Below are positions 30,001-40,658 of a DNA stretch of 64,000 nt, one piece after another. How positions within the stretch are numbered: position 1 is the first letter of the stretch; each line of letters begins with the position of its first letter. The notes beneath the pieces are model-generated. The model did no database searches. It saw only the letters and a list, made by a program, of their open reading frames with translations, and was not told the origin of the DNA. Location of the stretch: assembly GCA_965655095.1 (NCBI GenBank), contig OZ296654.1:48112001-48176000 (forward strand), read 5' to 3'. The translations under genes were made by a program, and so were the position numbers. Source of the stretch: Haplodiscus bocki (lineage: Eukaryota).

Positions 30001-31290
30001 GAAATTGCAAAAAATGCCAAAAGTGTCACAAGTGCCAAAATTGCTAATAGTGACTAAAAGCGCCAATGTTGCCAAATTGCCATAAGCGCCAACAGAACCA
30101 AATTTGCCTAAATTGCCACAATGCCGAAAATCCTAAATTTGCCGAAAACAACAAATAATTGCCAAAAATGACAATTGTGCCAGAACTGCCAATAGTGCCA
30201 AAAGTGCCAATAGTGCCAAAAGTGCCAATAGTGCCAAAAATGCCAAAACGTTCAAAGTGGCAAAGTGCCAAAATTTCTGAAATTTTCAAAAGTGCCAAAA
30301 GTGCCAAAATCGCCAAAAGAGCCAAAAGTGCCAAATTATCCAAAGTGCCAATTGTGCCAAAAATGCCTAAAAAGTCAAAAATGCCGAAATAATCACAAAT
30401 GCCAAAATTTTCGAAAAAACTAAAAGTGCTAAAAGTTCCAAAGACGCCAATTGTCCAATAGTGCCAAATTTCCAGAAGTTCCAACATTGCCAAAAATTTC
30501 GAAAGTGCCAAATTTTCCGAATTTGCCAAAAGTGCCAAAAATGCTAATAGTAACGAAAAACGGAATGATGGCAAACTGTCAAAAGTGCCAATTGAGCCAA
30601 AAGTGCCAAAAGTGCCAAAAGAGCCGAAAGTGCCGAAATTGCCGGATATTCCAAAAAAGCCAAACGAGCCAAAAGTGCCAAAGACGCCAAATATTCCAAT
30701 AGTGTCACATGTGCCAAAACTCCAAAAGTGCCAACATTGCCAGAATTTTCGAAAGTGCCAAAATCGTCGAATTGGCCAAAAGTGCCAAAAGTGGCAAAAG
30801 TGCCAAAAATGAAAATAGTGTCAAAAGTCTTAATAGTGCTAAAAGTGCCAAAGGTCCAGAAGGTCCGAAGTTGTCAAAGGTGCCGATAGTGCCAAAATTG
30901 TCAAAATTGCCAAAAAGGGCAAGATGTCAAAAGTGCCAACTTGCCAAAAACGCCAAAAATGCTAGACGTGCCGAAAGTGCAAAAAAATGCCAATGGTACC
31001 AATATTGTGAAAACGTCGAAAATCCCAAAAGTGCAAGGAGTGCAAAGAGTGCAAAGAATGCAAAAGATGCAAAAAAAGCAAAGATTGCAAAAATGCAATG
31101 AACTCAAGGAATGCAAAGAAATCAAAGATTGCGAAAAAAGGCAGTGATAACCAAGATTGCCAACATACCAGGATTGCCAACAATGCCAAGAACGCCAAGA
31201 ATGCCAATATTGCCATGATTGCCATAAATTTTAAAATTGCCTAGATTGCCAAGATAACCCAGACTGCTGACACCGCTGACACTGCCGATA
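1..31290. repeat. Large satellite array of a degenerate 9-bp monomer (consensus GTGCCAAAA) with higher-order repeats; runs off the left window edge
   Basis: Continuous GTGCCAAAA/GTGTCAAAA/ATGCCAATA/TTGCCAAAA variants in one orientation, with strong A-over-T strand skew. Near-identical translated blocks recur at fixed offsets (e.g. 12095/13319/15504; 14543/16728/20181). Confidence 0.98.
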
Positions 31291-31626
31291 TTAAAATCCT
31301 GAGGTTTGTCAAAACGTTCAATTGTGGAGATTTTTTTGGGAAAACTAGATAGATAGATAGATAGATAGATAAAATAATTCAAAGTCGTTAAGGTGGCAGG
31401 TTTGCTGTAGGAAGCGTATCAATTGGTTTTAATTCCCAAAAATGTCATCCGCTTTTTTCATCCTGCTTTTTAGCATGAAAGGAGAATTTTTTGAGCGTTG
31501 GAAAATTCAGAAAACATGATGAGGAAATAGTGTTTTTTTGAGAAAAAGATGTTTCATCTTTTCAGAAAACTTTCAATACAAAAATGGAAGGCGCAAAACA
31601 TGCTGGTGGTAGCCAGCCGTCTTGTT
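31291..31626 (+). mobile_element. Terminal module of a putative non-autonomous Helentron/HINE-like element carrying the satellite (copy 1)
   Basis: Order is tandem array, tetranucleotide microsatellite, conserved block, hairpin GCTGG-tggtag-CCAGC (31602-31617), CTTGTT (31621-31626). This resembles DINE-1/HINE 3' ends. No Rep/helicase and no 5' end identified. Confidence 0.45.
31346..31371. repeat. (TAGA/GATA)n microsatellite, ~6.5 units
   Basis: tagatagatagatagatagatagata read directly; a shorter decayed version is at 37252-37261. Confidence 0.95.
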
Positions 31627-32569
31627 TGAAATACTGCAAAATTAATTGTCTTCCGAGAAACCCAAGCGTTTCAATTTACATTCATTTACTTGACAAAAAT
31701 CTAGAACACTGAACCGCGCAAAAAATAAAAATGACCGAATTGTATAAATTTTGAAACAGGTTAAAATCTAACCTTAGCATGTTTAGATCTCCCCCTGTGA
31801 TATTCTTTGGTCTTTCAAATTGCCAAACTTATTTGAAATCAACTCAAATCAATATTGTTGAAGTATGCACAGGAAAAATCAAAATGAACAAGCTTCAGAA
31901 TTCCCCTTTTTTCCAACAAACCATAAAGGTCTCTTACAACTTTATCTGTTTCAGGCACCAGATCATGGGCCCAACGAGCTTCCACTTCCTCCACTGCCAC
32001 GTTTTTCACTAACTTGACCGCCTATTTGCGATTTCAACTTCAATTCCGTCTCAATTCTGTTCAATTGACTCAATACTCTGTTACTCTAAATCCTCCATGT
32101 TTCAAAACTGTTTTTCCCTCTGTTCCCCCTACTTCAAGTTCATTGTCAGTAAATCCCCAATAATCCTCTTTTCTTTGAAGCTGCCTCTACTTATTCTTCT
32201 AATCCAGACTGATTTCCCTCTTTTCATGCAATATCGAGTATTAGCAATTCATCATTCCAAGAATAGCTCGCTCTATCAATGAGTGCATCTCTCTCTCTCC
32301 ATCACAACGACTTTTTGCATTTCAGATCATATACCAGGCCGTTTTCCAAGAAAATTATCTGGATGACGATTTCATTTTTCCATTGAATTTTGAAGAAGAC
32401 GACATGAGCAACATTCCTCTTCAGCCACGCTTCTTTCAGTTTGTCACCTATGTACCTCCGCCTCTCCTGTTAGTCATCCTCAACACATCGATGACACCTC
32501 TTCACAGCTCTTCAGTTCACTTCGCCGTATTGTTGGTAACACCTTTCATAAAAACCAAATTTTCAAACT

Positions 32570-33480
32570 ACTTTTAATAAAAACAATCTTGTATCCGCAA
32601 CTTTTTGCTCAAAGTTTTCAATTGCTCTTTTTCATACTTGTCTCAGTGTCTTTATATTGAAAAAAAATTCTGAAATTTCAATATCACCCAGTCTACAGAA
32701 AATTGTCTCCAAGTGTCCTTTTGTTCTCCATAAAAAGATTATTCGAATCAAATTTCAGAATTTACTTAAAATCTCTCAACTCTCCATCATGTAATTAACA
32801 ACAGTTCCACTATTTTGAATTTGTCTCCCACCTTTTCCAATTTTTCAATGACATCGGAAAGCATAGTAACTTTCGAACAGGCTATGAACTTCGAGTTCCA
32901 AGTTTTCGTCATGTTCGAACTACCAAAAAAAAATCGAAAAAGTTAAATCGAATCAAGGTCAAAAACAAAAAATATAACTAGTGATGCTAAGCAGTGTGGT
33001 TTTGTGCTATCGTGTTTCAACTCTCCCTTACGTAATGAATTGTACTACATTCAAAAAACTCATACTTAGTCCAGAAAGTTGGTTGCTGTGAAAGTCAATC
33101 TCGTACTTCTGGGGAGATTTTGCGGCCTCCGAATTAATGTTCAATCTCACGGCAGCCAAGAAATCTAAACTCAAGCATAACTTGCGCTAACCCAATATTG
33201 AATTTGAAAAACAATTATCAGAAAGATTCTCCACTGCAAGTGACACGTCAATTCCTTCACTTCCGGTTGAATGTGGTACAGTCCTCAAATAATAGTTTTT
33301 CGGAGGTGTTCAACACTTTTACTGTAGTGTTAATATGCTCACAAATATCCGTCAAGTGAAATAATCCTAATTGATGCATAGTTAGTCGCTCTTTTCCGTA
33401 GAACCAAGATAACGTCTTTTGATGTCCGTCTTTCTGAGCTCTCTCTAGTCTAAGTTCTCAGTCAGAAAGTTTCCTCAGCT
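32570..33480 (-). pseudogene. Decayed leucine-rich-repeat (ribonuclease-inhibitor/NLR-type LRR) coding remnant, copy 1
   Basis: Manual minus-strand translation gives LRR-like pieces SEKLLFEDCTTF, EIDFHSNQLSGL (~33066-33101), LETIFCRLGD (~32684-32713) and LKTLSKKLRIQDC, interrupted by stops and frameshifts. Confidence 0.45.
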
Positions 33481-34484
33481 CTAGAAAAAAATAGCCTTCC
33501 TTTTTAGACTGTTTGAATCACACTTTAGAAGCAAATCGGTCAGCGTACACTCAGATGATCGTGTCTCAGTGAAGGCAACTTTTCTGTTCGAAATGTCCTT
33601 TCTTTTAGATATCTAATAAAGCGGATACATGTTATCAACTCCTGTTTTCAAAACGGCAACATCTGTCTGTTACGTGGAGCTAAATTTTTTGGCATGATAT
33701 CAATAATTTAAAGAATTAGGTTAATTGTATATATCATTAATGTGCCACTATACTAACAACTATTTACCAAACATCTTTCAGCTTATGCGTCCGTGGTAGT
33801 TGTAACCCGGTATTTTGTCAAGTTACTTTGAGCCTCCAAAATATACTTCTACACTTGTATCTGGAATTTATTTCGACTGTTTGTGTGATCGAGAAGAATT
33901 GATTGAAAAACCAAAGCTTTCGTTTAAAATTTTGACAGTTTTGCGTGGTTGACTCAGAATTTTTTAGAACATGATTAACAGCAAGGAAAATATCATCATG
34001 GCCTGAGGCTGACGAAAATTTCCAAAATAGAGTGAGCTGAAAGTTAGCGAAAACTGAGAGTTGTGGTCGATAAAAACGTAAACATTACTTCGTTTAAGTT
34101 TCACTATCGGGCTACTTCGAACTGGGATTAAGCGTTGTTTTTCATTTCCAGAACGCAGAAACCCTAAGTTTTAGCATCATTTTGTAACTGGCAAATTCTT
34201 ACAAGTTGTGTTCGGATTAACCTAAGGCACTGGTTTTTAGCGCTAATAAACAGTGGATTCCTCAGGCTTGCAGATATCTACTCACGCGGAAACTTGAGGT
34301 TTAAAACGGACGAAGCATGAAGGACGTAGGGGTTCTTTATGGTCCGTATTTCGTGCTTGTTTTTCTGGCCACATTCAAATTGGATTCACCTGGAGCTTTC
34401 CTTTACATTATCAGATCCACTTCAGTCAAAATATTCAACCTAATTCAGATTGTTTTGAAGATTTTAAGCAATTTTCCACTAACG

Positions 34485-37200
34485 AAAAATGCCAAAAGTG
34501 CCAAAAATGCCACAATGTCGAAACTGCTAAAAATGCAAAAATATTTAAACATGCCAAAAACGACAAAAGTGCCACAAGTGCCGATAATTCCAAAAGTGCC
34601 ATTAGTGCCAAAAGTGCCAACAGTGCCAAAAGTGCCAGAAAAGCCAATAGAGCTAAATCTACCAAAACGTCCAATGTACCAAGGGTGCCAAAAATGCCGA
34701 AATTGTCAAAAGTGGCAAAAGTTCCAAAAGTGCCAAGGATGCAAAAAATTGCCACAAGTGATAAAAGTGCCAAAAGTGCCAAAAACACCAATTGTGCCGA
34801 AAGCTCCGAACGTGCTAAAAGTGCCAAAATGTCAACAGTGCCAGAAGTGCCGAAAGCGCGAAAAATGACCAAAGTGCGAAAAATTCCAGAAAAATCAAAT
34901 GTGCCAAAAGTGTAGAAAGTGCCAACATTGTCAAAAAAGCTAAAACTGCCAAAAGTGCCAAACGTTCCAAAGGTGTCAAATTTGCCAAAGTGTCAGAAGT
35001 GCCAAAAGTGCCAAAAACGCCAAAAGTGCCTAAAGTTCCGAGAAGGTAAAAATTATAAATTTGCCAAAAGTGCCTAAAGTGCCTAAAGTGCTAAACTGCC
35101 GAAAGTGGCAATAGTACCAAAAGTGCCAAAATTGCACAAACTGTCAAAATGGCGGATTAGCCAATTTTGCCAAAACTGGCAAAGGTACTAAAATTGCAAA
35201 AGTGTCAAAAGTGCCAGTAACGGCAAACTTCTGATCGTGCCACGAGTTCCAAAAGTATCAAAAGTCCCAAAAGTGCCAAATTTGTCAAAAGTGCAAAAAG
35301 TGCCAAAAAAATGCCAAAAGTGCCAAATTTGCCTCAAGTGCCACATTGCCCAAAAGTGCTAATTTTGCCAAAAATGCCAAACATGCCAAAAATGGCAAAT
35401 GTGCCAAAAGTTATTAGTGCCAAAAGTCCCAATAATACCAAAAGTGCCAAAAAGTCCAATGTCCCAGAAGTGCCAAAAGGCCAAATCTTTTAAAAAGGGT
35501 CAAAAGTTCCAAAAATGCCAAATGTTCCAAAAGTGCCAGAAATGTCAAAAGTGCCAAAATTGCAGAAACTGCCAAATATGCCAAAAGTTCCAAAAAGTTA
35601 AAAATTCCAACTGCATAACGTGCTAAAATGCCGAAAGTGCCAAGTGTCCCAAGTGCCAAAGTTGCCAAAAACGCCAAAAGTGCAAAAAATGCAAAAAATT
35701 GAAACTTCTAAAAGTGCCAAGAATGCCTCAAGTGCCTAAAGTGTCTAAAGCTCTAAATTGCCGAAAGTGCTGAAATTGCAAAAGTGTCAAAAGTGCCAGT
35801 AACGGCAAACTTCTAATCGTGCCACAAATTCCAAAAGTGCTAAAAGTCTCAATACTGCCACGATTGTCGAAATTGTCAAAAGTGCAAAAAGTGCCAAAAA
35901 ATGACAAAACTGCCAAAATTGCCTAAAGTGCCACAATGGCGAAGGTTCTAAGTTTGCCGAAAATGCCCAATATGCCAAAAATGGCAAATGTGCCAAACGT
36001 TAATAGTGCCAAAAGTTCCAATAGCACCAAAATTTCCAAAAGTGCCAATAGAGCCAAAAGTGCCAAAACGTCCATTATGCCAAAGGTGCCAAAAGGCGCC
36101 GAAACTGTCAAAAGTGCCAAAAGTTCCAAAATTGCCGAAATCCCGAAAGAGCCAAACGTGCCAAAAGTGCCAAAATGGCCAAAAATCTTTAAAAGTGTCA
36201 GAAGTTCCAGAAATGTCAAAAATGCCAAAAATGCAGAAATTGCCAAACATGCCATAAGTGCCAAAAGTGTCAAATGTTCCAGAAGTGCCAAAATTGCCTA
36301 AAGTGGCAAAATGGCAGAAGAGCCAATTATGCCAAAATTGGCAAAAGTGCAATAAATGCCAAAGAGTGTCAAAAGTGCCAAAAACGGCAAACTTCTAACA
36401 GTGCCAAAAAATCCAAAAGTGCCAAAAGTCCCAATAGTGTCACAAATTGCTAAAAGTGCCGAAAGTGTCAAAATTGTCAAGCGTGCAAAAAGTGCCAAAA
36501 TTGTCAAAAATGTCAGAAATGCCAATAGTGTCAAAGTCCCAATAGTGCCAAAATTGCCAAAGGTTCCAAAGGTTCCAAAGTTGTCAAAAGTGCCAAATTT
36601 TCAAAAATGTCAAAATTGCCAAAAGTGGCTGAAATGCTTGAAATGCCAAGTGCACAAAATGGCATGAAATGCCAAAAGTGCCCAATGTGCGAAAGATTCT
36701 AAAAATTCCATTATTGCCAAAACGCCAAAAGTGCCAAAAGGGCAAATAATGCGAAGAATACAAAAAATGCAAAGAATACAAAGAATGCAAAGAATGCAAG
36801 AAATGCAAAAAAAGATAGCAATGCATGCGATGAATCCAGTGAATGCAAAGAATGCAAAGATTGCGAAAAATTCAATGAATGCAAAGAATGCAAGAAGTCA
36901 AGGAATCCAATGGTTGCAAAGGATGCATAGAGTGCAAAAAATGCAACGAAGTCAAGGATTGCAAAGAATTCAAAGAATGCAATAAATGCAACAAAGCAAA
37001 TAATGCATAGTTGGCAGAAAAAACAAAGAACGCAAAGATTGCAAAAAAAGCAAAGATAACCAAGAATGCCTACAATACCAGGCTTGCCAACAATGCCAAG
37101 AACGCCAAGAATGCCAATATTGCCATGATTGCCATATGTTTTAAAATTGCCTAGATTGCCAAGATTGTCCAGATTGCCAAGAGTGCCGAGATTGCCGATA
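34485..37200. repeat. Second, shorter (~2.7 kb) and more degenerate array of the same 9-bp satellite
   Basis: GTGCCAAAA-type monomers to ~36745, ATGCAAAGA-type to ~37055, GATTGCCAA-type to ~37200; same orientation and order as the end of array 1. Confidence 0.96.
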
Positions 37201-37526
37201 CTGAAATAGTGAGGTTTCTCAAAACTTTCGAAAGTTGGGTTTTTGGAAAACTAGATAGATAAATAGTTAAAATTTTTGAAGGTCGTTAAGATGACAGGTT
37301 TGCTGTAGAACGCGTATCGAGTGATTTTGTTTCCCAAAAACGTCCTCCGTCCTATTTGTCCGGTTTTTTGGCATTAAATGAGAATTTTTTTTTGCGTTGG
37401 AAAAATCAGAAACTATGATGAAGAAATAGTGTTTTTTCGAGAAAAAAGGTGTTTCATCTTTTCAAAAAACTATTTTAACAGATATGGAAGGCGCAAACTA
37501 TGCTGGTGGTAGCCAGTCGTCTTGTT
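37201..37526 (+). mobile_element. Terminal module of the putative Helentron/HINE-like element (copy 2)
   Basis: Homologous to 31291-31626: TAGA remnant, conserved block, GCTGG-tggtag-CCAGT hairpin (37502-37517), CTTGTT (37521-37526). Confidence 0.45.
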
Positions 37527-38469
37527 TGAAATACTGCAATATTAGTTGTCTTCCCAAGAATCCCAAGAGTTTCAATTTACATCCATTTACTTGAAAATAA
37601 TGTAGAACATTAAAATGCGAAAATTTTAAATTTGACCGAAGTCTATAGTTTTTGAAACAGGTTAAAATCCAGCCTTAGCATGTTCAGAACTCCCCCTATG
37701 TTATTCTTTGGTCTGTCAAATTGCCAAAACTTATTCGAAATCAACTCAAATCAAATATGTTAAAGTATGCACAGGAAAAGCCAAAATGAACAAGCTTCAG
37801 ACTTCGCCCTTTTTTCCAACAAACCAAAAAGGTTTCTTACAATTGTATCTGTTTCAGGCACCAGATCATTGGCCCAGTGAGCTTCCACTTCCTGCACTGC
37901 CACGTTTTTCACTAACTTGACCGCCTATTTGCGATTTCAACTTCAATTCCGTCTCAATTCTGGTCAATTGACTCAAAAATCTGTTACTCTAATACCTCTG
38001 GGTTTCAAAACTGTTTTTTCCCTCTCTTCCCTCTACTTCAAGTTCATTGTCAATAAATCCCAATAATCCTCTTTTCTTTGAAACTGCATCTACTTATTCT
38101 TCTAATCCAGACTGCTTTCCCTCTTTTCAAGCAATATCGACTATTAGCAACTCACCATTCCAAGAATAGCTCGCTCTATCAATGAGTGCATCACTCTGCC
38201 ACCATCACAACGACTTTTTGCATTTCAGATCACATACCAGGCCGTTTTCCAAGAAGTTTATCTGGATGACGATTTCATTTTTCCGTTGAATTTTGAACAA
38301 GACGACATGAGCAACATTCCTCCTCATCCACGCTTCTTTCAGTTTGTCATCTATGTACCTCCGCCTCTCCTGTTAGTCATCCTGAACACATCGATGACAC
38401 CTCTTCACAGCTCTTCAGTTCACTTCCCCGTATTGTTGGTAACACCTTTCTTGAAAACCAAACTTTCAA

Positions 38470-39386
38470 ACTTCTTTTAATGAAAGCAATCTTGCATCCG
38501 CACATTTTTTTGCTGGAAGTTTTCAATTGTTCTTCTTCATACTTGTCCCGGTGTCTTTATTTTTTAAAATTTTTCTGAATTTTCAATATCACCCAGTTTA
38601 CACAAACTTGTCTCCAACTTTCATTTTGTTCTTCATGAAATGATTTTTCAAATGAAATTTCAGAACTTTCTCAAATTCTCTCAACTCTCCATCATGTAAT
38701 TAACAACAGTTCCACTAATTTGAATTTGTCTCCCACCTTTTCCCATTTTTCAATGACCTCGGAAAGCATAGTAACTTTCGAATAAGCTATGAACTTTGAG
38801 TTCCAAGTTTTCTTCATATTGGAACTACCTAAAGAAAAATTGAAAAAGTTAAATCGAATCAAGGTCAAAAACAAAAATTATAAATAGTGATGCTAAGCAG
38901 TGTGGTTTTGTGCTATCGTGTTTCAACTCTCACTAACGTAATGAATCGTACTACTTTCAAAAAACTCATACTTAGTCCAGAAAGTTGGTTGCTGTGAAAG
39001 TCAAACTCGCGCTTCTGGGGAGATTTTGCGGCCTCCGAATTAATGTTCAATCTCACGGCAGCCAAGAAATCTAAACTCAAGCATAACTTGCGCTAACCCA
39101 ATATTTAATTTGAAAAAAAATTATCAGAAAGATTCTCCACTGCAAGTGACACGCCAATTCCTTCAATTCCGGTCGGATGTGGTACAGTCCTCAAATAATA
39201 GTTTTTCGGAGGTTTTCAACACTTTTACTGTAGTGTTAATATGCTCACAAATATCCGTCAAGTGAAATAATCCTAATTGATGCATAGTTAGTCGCTCTTT
39301 TCCGTAGAACCAAGATAACGTCTTTTGAAGTCCGTCTTTCTGAGCTCTCTCTAGTCTAAATTCTAAATCAAAAAGTTTCCTCAGGT
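38470..39386 (-). pseudogene. Decayed RI/NLR-type LRR coding remnant, copy 2
   Basis: A T-rich acceptor-like TTTTTTGTTCTAG precedes an open frame 39386-39163 (LRKLFDLEF...SEKLLFEDCTTSDRN*). Frameshifted LRR-like pieces follow: LKELACHL, VENLSDN, EFDFHSNQLSGL, KLVELLL/LHDGELREFEKVL, LETSLCKLGD. Confidence 0.5.
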
Positions 39387-40379
39387 CTAGAACAAAAAAA
39401 AAGCCTTCCTTTTCAGACCGTTCGAATCACACTTTAGAAGCAAATCGGTCGGCGTACACTCAGATGATCGTGTCTCAGTGAAGGCAACCTTTCTGTTCGA
39501 AATGTCCTTTCTTCTAGATATCTAATATAGCGGATACATGTTATCAACTCCTGTTTACAAAACGGCAACATCTGTCTGTTACATGGAGCTAACTTTTTAG
39601 GCATGATATCAATAATTTAAAGAATTAGGTTAATTGTATATATCATTAATGTGCCACTATACTAACAACTATTTACCAAACATCTTTCAGCTTATGCGTC
39701 CGTGGTAGTTGTAACCCGGTATTTTGTCAAGTTACTTTGAGCCTCGAAAATATACTTCTACACTTGTATCTGGATTTTATTTCGACTGTTTGTGTGATCG
39801 AGAAGAATTGATTGAAAAACCAAAGCTTTCGTTTAAAATTTTGACAGTTTTGCGTGGTTGACTCAGAATTTCTCAGAGCATGATTAGCAGCAAAAAAACA
39901 TCATCCTGGCTTGAGGCGGTCAAAAGTAACCATAATAGAGTGAGACGAAAAATCGCGAAAAACTGAGACGTGAATTCATTGAAAACGTAAACATTACTCC
40001 GTTTACAATTGACAATCGGGTTATCTTGAGCTGGGAATGTTGCATTGTGCTTTGTTTGTTATTTCCAGGATGCAGAAGCTTTGAGTTTTAGCATCACTTA
40101 GTAACTGGCAAGTTTTTACAAGGTGTGTTCGGGTCAGCCTGAGGCACTGGTTTTTAACCCTTTTTAACAGTGGATTCCTCATGCTTGCACATCTCTACTG
40201 TTGAAAAAATTATTTTGCTTCTTTAAGTTAGACAAGAATTGATTGTGACCTCCCTCAAGATTCGATGCTCTCTGGAGACACATGCAGCATTTCATTGAAC
40301 AGATACGAAATACGTGAAACAGTATCGGCCATAGTAATGCAAAAGTTCGACCTCAGAAGTTCAAAAATGATTCCCATTT

Positions 40380-40448
40380 TTATTCGGTAATGTTCTTTTC
40401 AAAAACAACAACATGCCCTCCTACAAATGGGTGAGGGAAGTCTGCAGG
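40380..40448 (-). CDS. Kelch-repeat protein, probable terminal exon (PADFPHPFVGGHVVVFEKNITE*)
   Basis: Completes a kelch repeat in exact 19-residue register with the two preceding repeats, but needs an AA acceptor at 40450-40449. The nearest AG (40443-40442) gives TSLTHL*. Confidence 0.6.
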   Translation of the reverse strand, partial: PADFPHPFVGGHVVVFEKNITE

Positions 40449-40483
40449 TTGAAAAAAAAACGAATTGAACTGATTGAACTCAC

Positions 40484-40658
40484 CTCTGACCATGAATTGC
40501 TTCCTGGGTCATAAATTTCAACACTTGTTTCATCACTAGGACTGTTACAATCACCACCAACTAAGTGGATTCTCCCATTAAATAAAGCTACACCACAGCC
40601 ACGCCGTGCTATTCTCATGCTGGCCACTCTCTTCCACGTCTTGTTCACAGGACAGTAT
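40484..40658 (-). CDS. Kelch-repeat protein, penultimate exon (YCPVNKTWKRVASMRIARRGCGVALFNGRIHLVGGDCNSPSDETSVEIYDPGSNSWSE)
   Basis: Classic kelch repeat (VGG...VEIYDP...W); acceptor TTTTTTACAG, donor GTGAGT at 40483; phases are consistent with the upstream exon. Confidence 0.9.

Larger units (their letters stand above)
31141..34282. repeat. Tandem segmental duplication, copy 1 (satellite end + terminal module + ~2.65 kb flank)
   Basis: Colinear with 37050-40199 at ~5.9 kb offset (CTTGTT 31621 vs 37521; ORFs 32383 vs 38286; similarity ends at ctact 34282 vs 40199). Confidence 0.95.
37050..40199. repeat. Tandem segmental duplication, copy 2
   Basis: Colinear with 31141-34282. Confidence 0.95.

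Noticed and set aside
1-31290. Hundreds of ORFs (VPK/SAK/CQK and LAL/FGT/WHF repeats) resembling histone-H1-like, Cys-rich or membrane proteins
   Set aside because: A 9-bp stop-poor monomer leaves all six frames open; frequent frameshifting indels and no preferred frame indicate non-coding satellite.
1-31290. CRISPR-like array or telomeric repeat
   Set aside because: No constant repeat with unique spacers, no cas genes, eukaryotic context; monomers are too heterogeneous for telomerase products.
32245-32577. ~110-codon plus-strand frame open in both duplicates
   Set aside because: No recognisable motif or upstream start; shared openness is expected from duplication.
33720-33781. Plus-strand intron-like segment with TACTAAC branch point and TTTCAG acceptor (also in copy 2)
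   Set aside because: Weak donor (GTTAAT), flanking frames contain stops, and the better coding signal nearby is on the minus strand.
34317-34868. 183-aa ORF with a hydrophobic N-terminus reading into the satellite
   Set aside because: Only ~55 codons are unique sequence; the length comes from the stop-poor satellite.
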